From: Laetmonice hystrix
Lineage: Eukaryota
Direction of reading: 5' to 3'
NCBI GenBank assembly: GCA_965235115.1
Contig: OZ249436.1
Coordinates: 42,100,001-42,164,000, forward strand
DNA length: 64,000 bases
Numbering within the stretch: position 1 is the first letter of the stretch; every line of letters starts with the position of its first letter. This document shows, one piece after another, positions 42,001 through 53,400 of the stretch. Under the pieces are notes generated by a model that worked only from the letters and a program-made list of their open reading frames with translations, had not been told where the DNA came from and did no database searches. The position numbers and the translations under genes are program-made.

Positions 42001-43406
42001 AACCCCAGAAAAACTGTTGCACAAAATTTAGACATGAAAACAAGTACCTAAAATTATAGTTATAGGAGCAAAACCGATTCTTTCCCACACAAGCTTGTAA
42101 CTTGTCTCCAACCTCTTGCCCCCCCCCCCCGATGTTTTAACATTCACCATTATATAGAATTTTTTGTCGCATTGTTGTTTCTCCTTCTGTCAGTAAAACC
42201 AGATTCACTTGACTGACAATCAATCCGTAGGCGGAGAGAATTTTGGTAAAAATTACCAGTTTGGTGTATATATGAGTACATGTGTAATATGCTGATTGGT
42301 GGAGACACCTCGCCGTTGGACACATGGGACTATCAAGGGTTAGTAGGTGAAGGGTGGATAAATTTAGACGTGACTTTGTGAGGCAGTAATTTCTGTGGGC
42401 AAACTGGTTAAGGTACCACAATGACATGCGGGATGTGATTCACAGTTGACCTTCCTCGAGGTGCAGGGGTCGGTAAGGTATAGCAGGGTACCCTGGCTTT
42501 GAGTCAGGTGATAATGTGTCAGAGGTGAGTTAGGAGGGGGTGGGGGTGGTTAGTCTAACTAGGGGATACAACCCCCACACTCTATGTCAAGGGATGCGCC
42601 AACCACTTAACAACTAGTGTGACTCACTCGAGATAATGTCAGTGGTTGAAGGAACCACCAAAGCTTCATTTCACTGCATTTAAAAGCTCCATTTCACCCC
42701 TGATCCGTCAGTGATAGGTTTGTAAAGAACATAAGATCACGTTATCCAGTTTGCCCATATCACAAGGACTCCCTAGGTAGGTAGCTGAAGGAGATGTTTA
42801 CAAAGCTTCCACGGTCCCTGTGGTGGGACCGACACATCAGTCGACATCGATGGTATTTTCATGACTTCACCTATACACATCTTTTTATAGCTTAAACTCC
42901 TCACCGGGACACTCACATGTCCCACAGGTATACGCATTTTCGAGCTCCTTTAATTAAGACTGCTTACCGGCAAGGCTGGTATTAACAGGTACATAAATAC
43001 ATCTAGTCTCGTTATAAGCTTAGTGGCTTAATGTCTTGATAATAAGACACGAACAATACGAAGAATCTTGTGTATAACAGCCCAGGCAAACAAAGAGAAT
43101 GGTAAAAATATCGTGGCTGTGAAGTTTATGCTCAAGTGGCTGTTATTCAGCTGGCACTGATGGTTGTGAATATGGGTCACGTATAGAAAAACAGGTGTCC
43201 AGGGGAGTGTGCAATGCTAGAAGCAACAACGCGGTGGCGGCGAGGACGCAGTAGAGTAGGGCCTAGCGGCGGGGCAAATGAGTGGGAACAAATGATAATA
43301 GTCAAAGACAGACAGACGGACAGACAGACGGAGGTCTGTCGGATAACACAGGGCACCTGTGATTGGGCCACGTCCCTGAGCTACTGCTGCTGGTGGCCGT
43401 TTTCCT

Positions 43407-43475
43407 GCTGCCATCTGCTGGCGTACTCACGGCCAGCGCATGGTGGCTGCCAGTTGCAGTGCTGCCACCTGGTGG
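43407..43475 (-). promoter_or_regulatory. CTCF-consensus site pair (reverse); homologous pairs at 45869/45913, 48590/48644, 52436/52480 and 54438/54482
   Basis: GCTGCCATCTG(C/G)TGG and GCTGCCACCTGGTGG are reverse complements of the CTCF core CCASYAGRKGGCAGC. Confidence 0.8.
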
Positions 43476-44336
43476 CGAAACGGGGGACACGATGTCTCCC
43501 GTCGCCGCCGCAAGAGGGCGGCAGCAGACGGCCTCCAGGAGGCTGCCACGTGCTACACACGACCACGGCACTGTGATCCAAGACGTATTGTTGTTACACA
43601 ATGTCGTCATGCCACGTACATAGCCAAAAAATAGACGCCAGCCTACCAGGTGTGGCCACCTGCTGCTGGCTAGCATAGGCCATGCTATTCGCGGGGGGAG
43701 GGGGGGGGGCGATGAAAGAAAAAGGCAAAGTGGCAGCATGTCTTAATCACACCCCCACATCACAAGTTTGCATGTCCCGGAAAATTAATTAGAAATATTA
43801 GAAAAGCCATACAAAAATAATAAAACGTGACACAATGAAGTCATTGCCTGTTAGTGTTAGAACTTATGAGCACTGAATATATGAATTAAGACACCTGGAT
43901 TAACGGATATTGTTCCAGAGGCGCTGGCGCGCCACAGCGGCAGGTGTTGGCACACCTGCGTGGGAGCGTGGCGGCCATAGGGCCAGAATATTGCGTCCTC
44001 TGAGGCGGGGAGTGAAATGGGACCGCAAGCGGCCCACATCCCACTCCCCTGAAGGGTTGTAATCGTGGGGAATAGAGACTGATGTGAGAGGTCCTAATGT
44101 CTTGTTACTTGCGGCCAATTCCCATTCAATGCCATCAGCATGCTGCCCTCAAGTGAAATTCCCATGTCGACTGGCCTCCACTTCGTGTCGCCCTCATCGC
44201 AACAACTAAACTCATCTTCACTTCATGGTAGTCTTGCCACTTATTCATCTATACACGTCTTAGACCTTCACAGACATGGCGATTATATTTGAGGAGATAT
44301 GGCAATGTGTGACCAGTCCGCCAAGCCTGCTATGGA

Positions 44337-44413
44337 AGTACCCATCCAATACACCAGGTGGCCAGGCACTGAAAGCCTGTAGGGAAGTTCCCATGTAGTA
44401 CACGAGGTGGCGC
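44337..44413 (+). promoter_or_regulatory. CTCF-like site pair (forward); further pairs at 46454/46497, 49565/49614, 50950/51013, 53023/53066 and 55023/55066
   Basis: ACACCAGGTGGCCA, ACACGAGGTGGCGC, TCACCAGGTGGCGC, CCACCAGATGTCCT and ACAGCAGGGGGCGC, most preceded by an AGT(T/A)CC upstream motif. Confidence 0.72.
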
Positions 44414-47400
44414 CACCATATACGACGGGGTTCTTTACGCCGGCCGGCCGGACACCAGTGAAATCGCCTAATTAACGGTAAACCTCGTGCATTCACGACG
44501 CTCATAACTGAGAACTATAGATCTTTGAGCGAGAAGACATTAATGTGCTGGTAGAGGAAGACCTGCCGAATGTCCACGGGCAAATTGGTAAACAGGTCTG
44601 GCCGCGTCTAAAAGATATGCCCGATGACACAAGTGATGTTTTCCCCATTCAACTCCATTGCTTTTAGCATTCACATTTCGTAACGAATTACAAGTGATCT
44701 CCCTGTCGCCCTAACTGACACTTATAGGTCAAATCAGAATTATTGTGGCATTATTTCTTAATAAACAGACCTCGTAACTGCAACAGTGTCTGCACCGTCC
44801 GCTCCACGCTCGGCGCTCATTTGCATAGTGTACGTTATAGCATTGGAGGTCTGTGTCCCTGCACACCACTGAATTTCGTATTCAAATAGCGCGATATTCC
44901 AAAGCGGATTTCGGTCTCTTAAGTAAATAACTAATCCCCAAAAGAAATATGTACTGGTAAGGGAAGGTCTGACGAATGTCCACGTGTAATTAGGTCCAGC
45001 CAAGTCGACAATGAATAGCCGAAATCCCCGCCGGCCTAGGTCATGTCTCGCCATTGAACTCTATGTATTAAGCAGTAAGATTTCTGTCACGAATTTACCA
45101 CTGTTTCCCTCTGCCCCGTATGCCATAAGTTGGGGGCGCAGGGCCTTGGAATTGTAGCATAATCCAGCCACATATATGCCTTCACCCCACACGAAATTTC
45201 AAATGGATATTCGCATTCTTTCTAGTCAAAAACCCCGATCTCCCAACAGTGTGTGCAGCGTTCCCGCGTTAACGGGCCCAGAGCGGTGACCGGGAGGGAT
45301 GATGACGTCAGCCCCAGGCTATTAGCGTCCACGTAAACAAGCACTAGACTGAACCCCGGCTTCGCAGGGACACGGTTCTCAAGGCAAATTGCCTATGTTT
45401 AAAGCATGCAGGGTCCGCGGTCGTCCGGCGCCGGCCACCAGCCTAGAATTGGCGCAACTTTAGACGCTAATTGCGGCTTAATTAGCGGGCCTAATTAGCC
45501 CTAGAAAAACTTTTGACGTTTTCTCACCGACCCCAACCATCTGTGTGAAGTACAGGCGTGGGGATGCTCCAGTGTTCGAGTTTATCAAATATTCGAGTGA
45601 ATCTGGTAGTATGTTAAAAATGATGGGAGGGTGGTCTTCTGCGCAGCGGTGGCTGTCTCCTGGTGGGGGCGGCCCAAAAGCCGCCCCGTGCTGGCGCACG
45701 GGGGGACAAAGCTGCTCTTCGTCCAGAAGTATACCGTGCGAGCAGCGGCAAACTAACGCAGTGGCGAACAACAAAACAACAAACGAGACACACAGACAGA
45801 CGGGCGGAGGTTAACCGGATAACACAGTGCAGCTGTGATTGGCTACTGCTGCTAGTGGCCGCTTTCGTGCTGCCATCTGGTGGCGGAGCGCATTGTGGCC
45901 GCCACTCTCAGTGCTGCCACCTGGTGGCGAATGGGGACATGCCATTCAGCAGGCGACAGCCTCGTGGCGGCAGGGCGGCAGTATAGTGACTGCCTGGAGG
46001 AGGGTGCCACGTGCTACACACGAGCAGGGCATTGTGATCCAACAATGTCATCATGCCACCTAAATAGCCAGCAAAAATTCGCGGGGGGGGGGGGGGAGGG
46101 GGGGCGGGGGGGGAGGGGGGGCGGGGGGGGAGGATGAAAGCAAATGGCAAAGTGGCAGCATCCCTTTATCAGACCCAAACATCACGTGTGGATGCCCTTC
46201 AATAACAGTGACAATATATATTAATTAAGACACCTGGAATTAACGAATATTGTTCCACAGTGGCAGGTGTTGCCACACCTGCCCTGGGAGCCTGGCGGCC
46301 ATAGGGCCAGAACAGTCTGTCTTCTGAGGGGGGAGTGAAATGTGGGGCCGCAAGCGTCCCACATCCCACTCCCCTGAAGGGGAGCTCGCCCTTCATACCT
46401 GTCTTGCCAGTTATTCATCTGTACACGTCCTCTGCCAGCACTCCAAAGGTAATTCACCAGGTGGCGCGTCCATAGTAAACGTAGTTCCACCTTGTGCCAC
46501 CAGATGTCCTGCAGCTGCCGACCCCTGACTGCAGCGTCGGGTGGAGTGGATTTCTCATTAATTATTGGCCGTGTGTCAGAGCTCCTATCTCAATAGGTAT
46601 CCACTTTACTCCCGAGACATAGGACCTAGGATAGTAGCTTATCCTTTTTCTGATGGGAATCTGTTAACTATGTAGCCCATATCCCATTCCTGTGGCAGTT
46701 ATGGGCGTTATCCCCGGTCCCTACTGGAGAGCCACGCTGCCTGCCTGTGTGCCTGGCCATGCGGCCGTGTGCTATAGTGTACCCTTCAGCGTTGACGCTC
46801 TGTGTGCTGCACGCCACTGAAATCCGTATACCCGGCCTGTGTGCTTCTGCCTATCTGAGGGAAACAGAGCCAGACAAATAACCAGCGAGCACGTGAACAA
46901 TATCCATTGTAGAGCTTAAGGTAATCGAATGAAATGTTCCTTAGGTTCTTCTACGTCCCCTGAAGTAAATTAGATGTCCCTGTTCATCTCCGTTCCTTAG
47001 ATATGGCCATCTATTGATGGCAGGGTGTGTGTAAATGAGCCACGTCTGGCCTACTTCCATCACACAGGGCCGGGGTCCATGCATCCAGGGCCGGGGTAAG
47101 CTATATCAATGTCCTTTTCACTCCACACTCGCTCTGTGCCCAAAGTTCTTATCTATGTGATCTGAGATTCGACATGACCCAAGCTGAGAATGTCAGCTAT
47201 ACAAAACTAAAAAACCCCGTGTCGAAAGACGAATTGGTAGCTGAGTTAAAGCCGTGACACACATTCAATACAGCAGAGCGCTGGAGGGGACGCTGGTCTG
47301 ACCTACTTGGCGCTGACTGGGGGAGGGAGCGGGGGTCGCGGAGGCAATTAGTGGACAACACTCGACTGACGTCGGGCCCGTGCAGCACACGGGGAGATTC

Positions 47401-50400
47401 CCTATGTTAACAAGCATGGTCGGCTCCCCACTTCTCAGACCCGGGTAGCGGCTTGGGAATCGGCCAACTTTAAACGCTGATTGTGACTTTGTTTATGCGC
47501 CTAATTAGCCCTACAAACTTTAGTGAGTTCCTGTCACCCATCCCTACGTCTCATGGCAGGTACAGCCCCCGGAACACTTTCTTTCAGAAGTTAGCCTCCG
47601 ATCCACTACAATCTCCTGTAGTACCTTTTCGGGGCTAATGGTTTCTTGGCAGCGGTGCTTTGTGCTGAGGGCGGGCGGGAGACCGGCCCGTGCGGGGCAC
47701 GGGGGGAGGGCTGCATGTCGTCCAGGAGTATTCCGCGCGAGGGGGGATGCAGTCGCAACGCAGTGGCGGTGGTGGTGGTGGGGGGAGGGGGGTTAGGACC
47801 CCCCCAAAAGAAAAAAAAAAAAAAAAAATTAAAAAAAAATTACATTTATTGCAGACGCTGAGACTGAGTGCACCTTGGGACGCCGTAGGGCTAAAAAAGT
47901 GGCCCCTTGTGGCAACCAGAGGTGGCCGGTGGTTCCAGTGCTGCCACCCCGTGGCCATTCCATGGCGTGATTCCATTCCCTTTCAGCAGGCCACAGGAGG
48001 TGGTGGCACCTGGTGGGGAGAGTGAGCAACCGCCATCACAAGTTGGCCTAAAAATAAAGGACGACAGTGGAAACATGAGACACGTAATCATAACTACGAC
48101 CAACAGTTCAAGCACAAGAGAAAAGATACTTCACAAATATAAAGAGACCTGAAAGAAACAAACCATCGTGGAAAGCCGCTCTCTCTCAGGAGGTAGTTTA
48201 GGCACACTGGCCCGTGGTGGGCAGGGCAGGCAGCCACCGTCACACGTTCTCTGCAAAAGAAACGATGGTAGTCTAAATATTAAAAAGGTCACAATAATAA
48301 TGCCCAAATGAAACCAGAGGACCTAATAACAATACTGTTATACACGTACTGTACTGCCATATACAGTTATACCTGCTCCACAGGCGGTGGCACGCCACAG
48401 TTAGAAGCAACAACAACAACGCAGTGGCGAGAAGGACGCCGTGGCGGCGAAGGCAGGAAATGGGGAACAGAAATCAGACGTAGTCACACACAGACACACA
48501 GACAGGCAGACGGGGGGTCTGCCGGATAACACAGGGCACCTGTGATTGGGCCACGTTCCTAAGCTACTGCTGCAGGTGGCCGTTCTCGTGCTGCCATCTG
48601 GTGGCGGACTCTCCGCCAGCGCACGGTGGCCGCCAGTTGCAGTGCTGCCACCTGGTGGCGAAACGGTACATGCCCTTCAGCAGCCGACGCCAAGTCTCCC
48701 GTCGCCGCCGCAAGAGGGCGGCACCAGACGGCCTCCGGGACGCTGCCAGACAGCATGCCAGCACGGCACTGTGATCCAACCCCTTTTGTTGTTACACGAT
48801 GTCCTCATGCCACGTACATGACCGAGAAATATACGCCAGCCTAGCAGCTGTGGCCACCTGCTGGTGGCTAGCATAGGGCACGCCATTCGGGAGGGTGGGG
48901 GGGGGGGGGGAGGGGAGGACGACAGGAAAAGGCAAAGTGGCACCACCCCTTAATCACACCCCAACATCACAAGTTTGCATGCCCCTGGAAATTTATTAAA
49001 TATATGACAAATGTCATTAAAAAAAATTAAAACGTCACACAATGAAGTCCTTGTCTGTTAGAACTCATGAGCACTGAAGATGTATGAACGAAGACACCCG
49101 CAATTAAGGGATATCGTTGCAGTGGCGCTGCCGCGCCACAGCGGCAGGTGTTACCACACCTGCCCCGGGAGCCTGGCGGCCATAGGGGCAGAATATTCCG
49201 TCCTCCGGGCGGGGAGTGAAATGGGGCCGCAAGCGGCCCACATTCCACTCCCCTGATGGCTTGCAATCGTGGGGAATAGAGACTGGTGTCAGAGGTGATA
49301 ATGTCTCGTTACTTGTGGCCAATTCCCATTCAATGCCATGAGCATGCTACCCTCCAGTGATATTGCCAGTCGACTGGCCTCCAGCTCATCTCGCCCTCAT
49401 GGCAACAACTAATGGCTTCATGCTAGTCTTGCCAGTTATTCTTCTATACACGTCTTAGACCTCCATGTAAAGTTTCATAGACATGACGATTATATTTGAG
49501 GAGATATGGAAATAATGTCACCAGTCCGCCAGCACAAAGCCTGGTATGGAAGTACCCATCCAGTACACCAGGTGGCCAGGCACTGGAAGCCTGTAGGGAA
49601 GTTCCTATGTTGTACACGAGGTGGCGCCACCAAATCGGGCCAGGTTGTTTACCAGTGAAATCGCCTAATTAACGGTCGACCTCGTGCATTGCCGAGGCTC
49701 ATAAGTGAAAGCTAGAGATCTCTGAGCGAGAAGACATTAATGTGCTGGTAGAGGAAGACCTGCCGAATGTCCACGGGCAAATTGGTAACGAAATCTGGCG
49801 GCGTCTAAAAGATATGCCCGATGACACAACTGATGTTTTCCCCATTCAACTCCATTGCTTTTAGCATTGACATTTCGGAACGAATTACAAGTGATCTCCC
49901 TGTCGCCTTTTACTGACACTTATAGGTCTAGAAAACGGCTGAAAAATTGGAGAGGCTGAGCTACATATATGGCTTCACCTGTGCCGAAAGTTCAGAATTA
50001 TTGTCGTAATATTTCCTAACAAACAGACCTCGTAAGTGCATTAGTGTCTGCCCCGTCCGCTCCACGCTAGGCGCTCATTTGCATAGTGTACGTTATAGCA
50101 TTGAAGGTCTGTGTCCCTGCACACCACTGAATTTCGTATTGAAATAGCGCGAAGTAGGTTGATATTCGACAGCGGATTTCGGCCTCTTAAATTAATAACT
50201 AATCGCCAACAAAAATATGTACTGGTAGGGGAAGGTCTGACGAATGTCCACGTGTAATTAGGTCCAGCCAAGTCCACAATTAATAGCCGAAATCCCCGCC
50301 GGCCTAGGTCATGTCTCGCCATTGAACTCTATGCTTTAAGCAATAAGATTTCTGTCACGAATTTACCACTGTTCGCCTCAAGCCCGTATCCCATAAGTTG

Positions 50401-53400
50401 GGGGCGCAGGGCCTTGATCTTGTAGAATGATCCAGCCACATATATGCCCTCACCCCACACGAAATTGCAAACGGATATTCGCATGATTTCTAGTCGAAAA
50501 CACCGATCTCCCAACAGTGTGTGCAGCATCCCCGTGATAACGGGCCAGAGCGGAGACCGGGAGGGATGATGACGTCAGCCCCAGGCTATTAGCGGCCAGG
50601 TAAACAAGCAATAGACTGGACCCCGGCTTCGGTGGGACGCGGTTCTCAAGGCAAATTGCCTATGTTTTAAGCATGGAGGGTCCGCGGTCGTCCGGCGCCG
50701 GCCAGCAGCCTAGGAGCCTGGAAAATAGAGGGTAATGTCATAGCTGCATGCCATCGCCGCCGTCCCGGCCTTGGCTTCTGGCCTTCACTGGAAAGGCCAA
50801 GGGCATATTACTTTCACACTCCTGTTGGCAATCATTAATCTATACACGTCCTAGACGTTCATGTCAACTGTCATAAACCTATTACCAGTATTACAGGCGA
50901 TACGGCGAGGTGTCTGCAGTCCGCCAGAGGCCAGTAGTTCCCATCTAATACAGCAGGGGGCGCGTCCTATGATACTCCATTCATTCCTATAGTAAACGTA
51001 GTTCCCGACTTGCCGCCAGAGGGGGCGATTTTGTTTACCGACGCTGCTAAATCACTGTATTGGAACAGGTAGCCCATTACAACGCCGATCCTACATCAAA
51101 AACACATGATTTTGTAGCCTTAACAAAGCCAGTCCGTCGTAGTGGAAGACCTGGCCAGAGTTGTCCTCCACTGTGGTACCTCTATTATCTAAAATCTAAA
51201 AGATATTACCGAAGTTCAAAGTGGAAATCTGTCGGCAGTCTCTATGGAGAACGGCCTTGGCGTCTGCAGTGAGAATTGTAATGATTTGCCGCCTGTCAAC
51301 GTGTCCGCCGGTCCGCCACGTATTCCCTGGATCGCCTTCCAATAAGTCTGGCCCGTATCCACATATATGGCCTCACTACTGCCGAAATTTCAGAGAGAAA
51401 TGTCCATTCCTTCCCCTAGAACACACGCCATACATGCTGTACTAATGATATGCATCCACGCTGTCTGCTCCACGCTGGGCGGGGGTGTCCATAGTGTACG
51501 TTATAGCATTGGCGGCCTGTGTGCTGCTCGCCATAGGATGGTTACATAGGATTTTAGAAAATCGAATAGGGCGATATTCGGCGGCGGATTTCGGCCTGTT
51601 AACTTAATAACTAATCCTCAAAAGAAATATGTACTGGTAGGGGAAGGTCTGACGAATGTCCACGTGTAATTAGGTCCAGCCAAGTGAACAATTAATAGCC
51701 GAAATCACCGCCGGCCTAGGTCATGTCTTCCCATTGAACTCTATGCTTTAAGCAGTAAGATTTCTGTCTTCAAACTTATTTTGCCCTCGTGCGCACAGTC
51801 GTGCACGGATATTCTTCTAAATTTGCAGGTGCCGAGCTACATATATGCCTTCACCTAAAACGAAAGCTCAAATAGATTGGTTGAATATTGAATCCTCCAG
51901 CGCCGTCAGTGTCCATGTCGGACAATCGCCTATTTCACAGCGAGTAAACAAGCGGGAGCGTGACGTCAGCAGCCACCCTATTAATGGATTGATGTGACCC
52001 CGATATCTCCCGGTGAATTTCTCCGGGCGATTTTGTTTTATTTCTTAAAAAAAAAGTATTGGAGCTAGAAAGCCAGACAAACTTTACGTGCGTCTTGGCA
52101 TGGATCCAGGCTTGTGAAAAAATCGAGGCACCTGGGGAGTCAAGGGTTCTCTAGATAGGTGAAATCAAGGGTCGTTCTCTAAGTATTGTTCCAAGCCTGG
52201 GTGGTGAGTCTTCGTGCTGCGGTGTCTTATCTCTGGGGGGTGGCCACCAACGGCCCCCTAGCGGCGGGCGCGGGGAAGCAGCATTTCGTCCAGAAGTATA
52301 CCGTGCGAGCAGCGGCAAACTAACGCAGTGGCGAACAACAAAACAACAAACGAGACACACAGACAGACGGGCGGAGGTTAACCGGATAACACAGTGCAGC
52401 TGTGATTGGCTACTGCTGCTAGTGGCCGCTTTCGTGCTGCCATCTGGTGGCGGAGCGCATTGTGGCCGCCACTCTCAGTGCTGCCACCTGGTGGCGAATG
52501 GGGAAATGCCATTCAGCAGGCGACAGCCTCGTGGCGGCAGGGCGGCAGTATAGTGACTGCCTGGAGGAGGGTGCCACGTGCTACACACGAGCAGGTCACT
52601 GTGATCCAACAATGTCATCATGCCACCTAAATAGCCAGCAAAGGCCACGCCATTCGCGGGGGCGGAAGGGGGGGAGGGGGGGGGGCGTGGGGGGGGGAGG
52701 ATGAAAGCAAATGGCAAAGTGGCAGCATCCCTTCATCAGACCCAAACATCACAAGTGTGGATGCCCTTCAATAACAGTGACAATATATATTAATTAAGAC
52801 ACCTGAAATTAACGAATATTGTTCCACAGTGGCAGGTGTTGCCACACCTGCCCTGGGAGCCTGGCGGCCATAGGGCCAGAACAGTCTGTCTTCTGAGGCG
52901 GGAGTGAAATGTGGGGCCGCAAGCGGCCCACATCCCACTCCCCTGAAGGGGAGCTCGCCCTTCATATCTGTCTTGCCAGTTATTCATCTGTACACGTCCT
53001 CTGCCAGCACTCCAAAGGTAATTCACCAGGTGGCGCGTCCATAGTAAACGTAGTTCCACCTTGTGCCACCAGATGTCCTGCAGCCACCGACCCCCTGACT
53101 GCAGCGTCGGGTGGAGTGGATTTCTCATTAATTATTGGCCGTGTGTCAGAGCTCCTATCTCAATAGGTATCCACTTTACTCCCGAGACATAGGACCTAGG
53201 ATAGTAGCTTATCCTTTTTCTGATGTGAATCTGTTAACTATGTAGCCCATATCCCATTCCTGTGGCAGTTATGGGCGTTATCCCCGGTCCCTACTGGAGA
53301 GCCACGCTGCCTGCCTGTGTGCCTGGCCATGCGGCCGTGTGCTATAGTGTACCCTTCAGCGTTGACGCTCTGTGTGCTGCACGCCACTGAATTCCGTATA

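Noticed and set aside
45380..47560. Apparent codon-like conservation between B and C tail ends (NIGNLP, GLIR, LISP)
   Set aside because: Both candidate frames contain shared in-frame stops and a 1-nt indel, so non-coding constraint explains it better.
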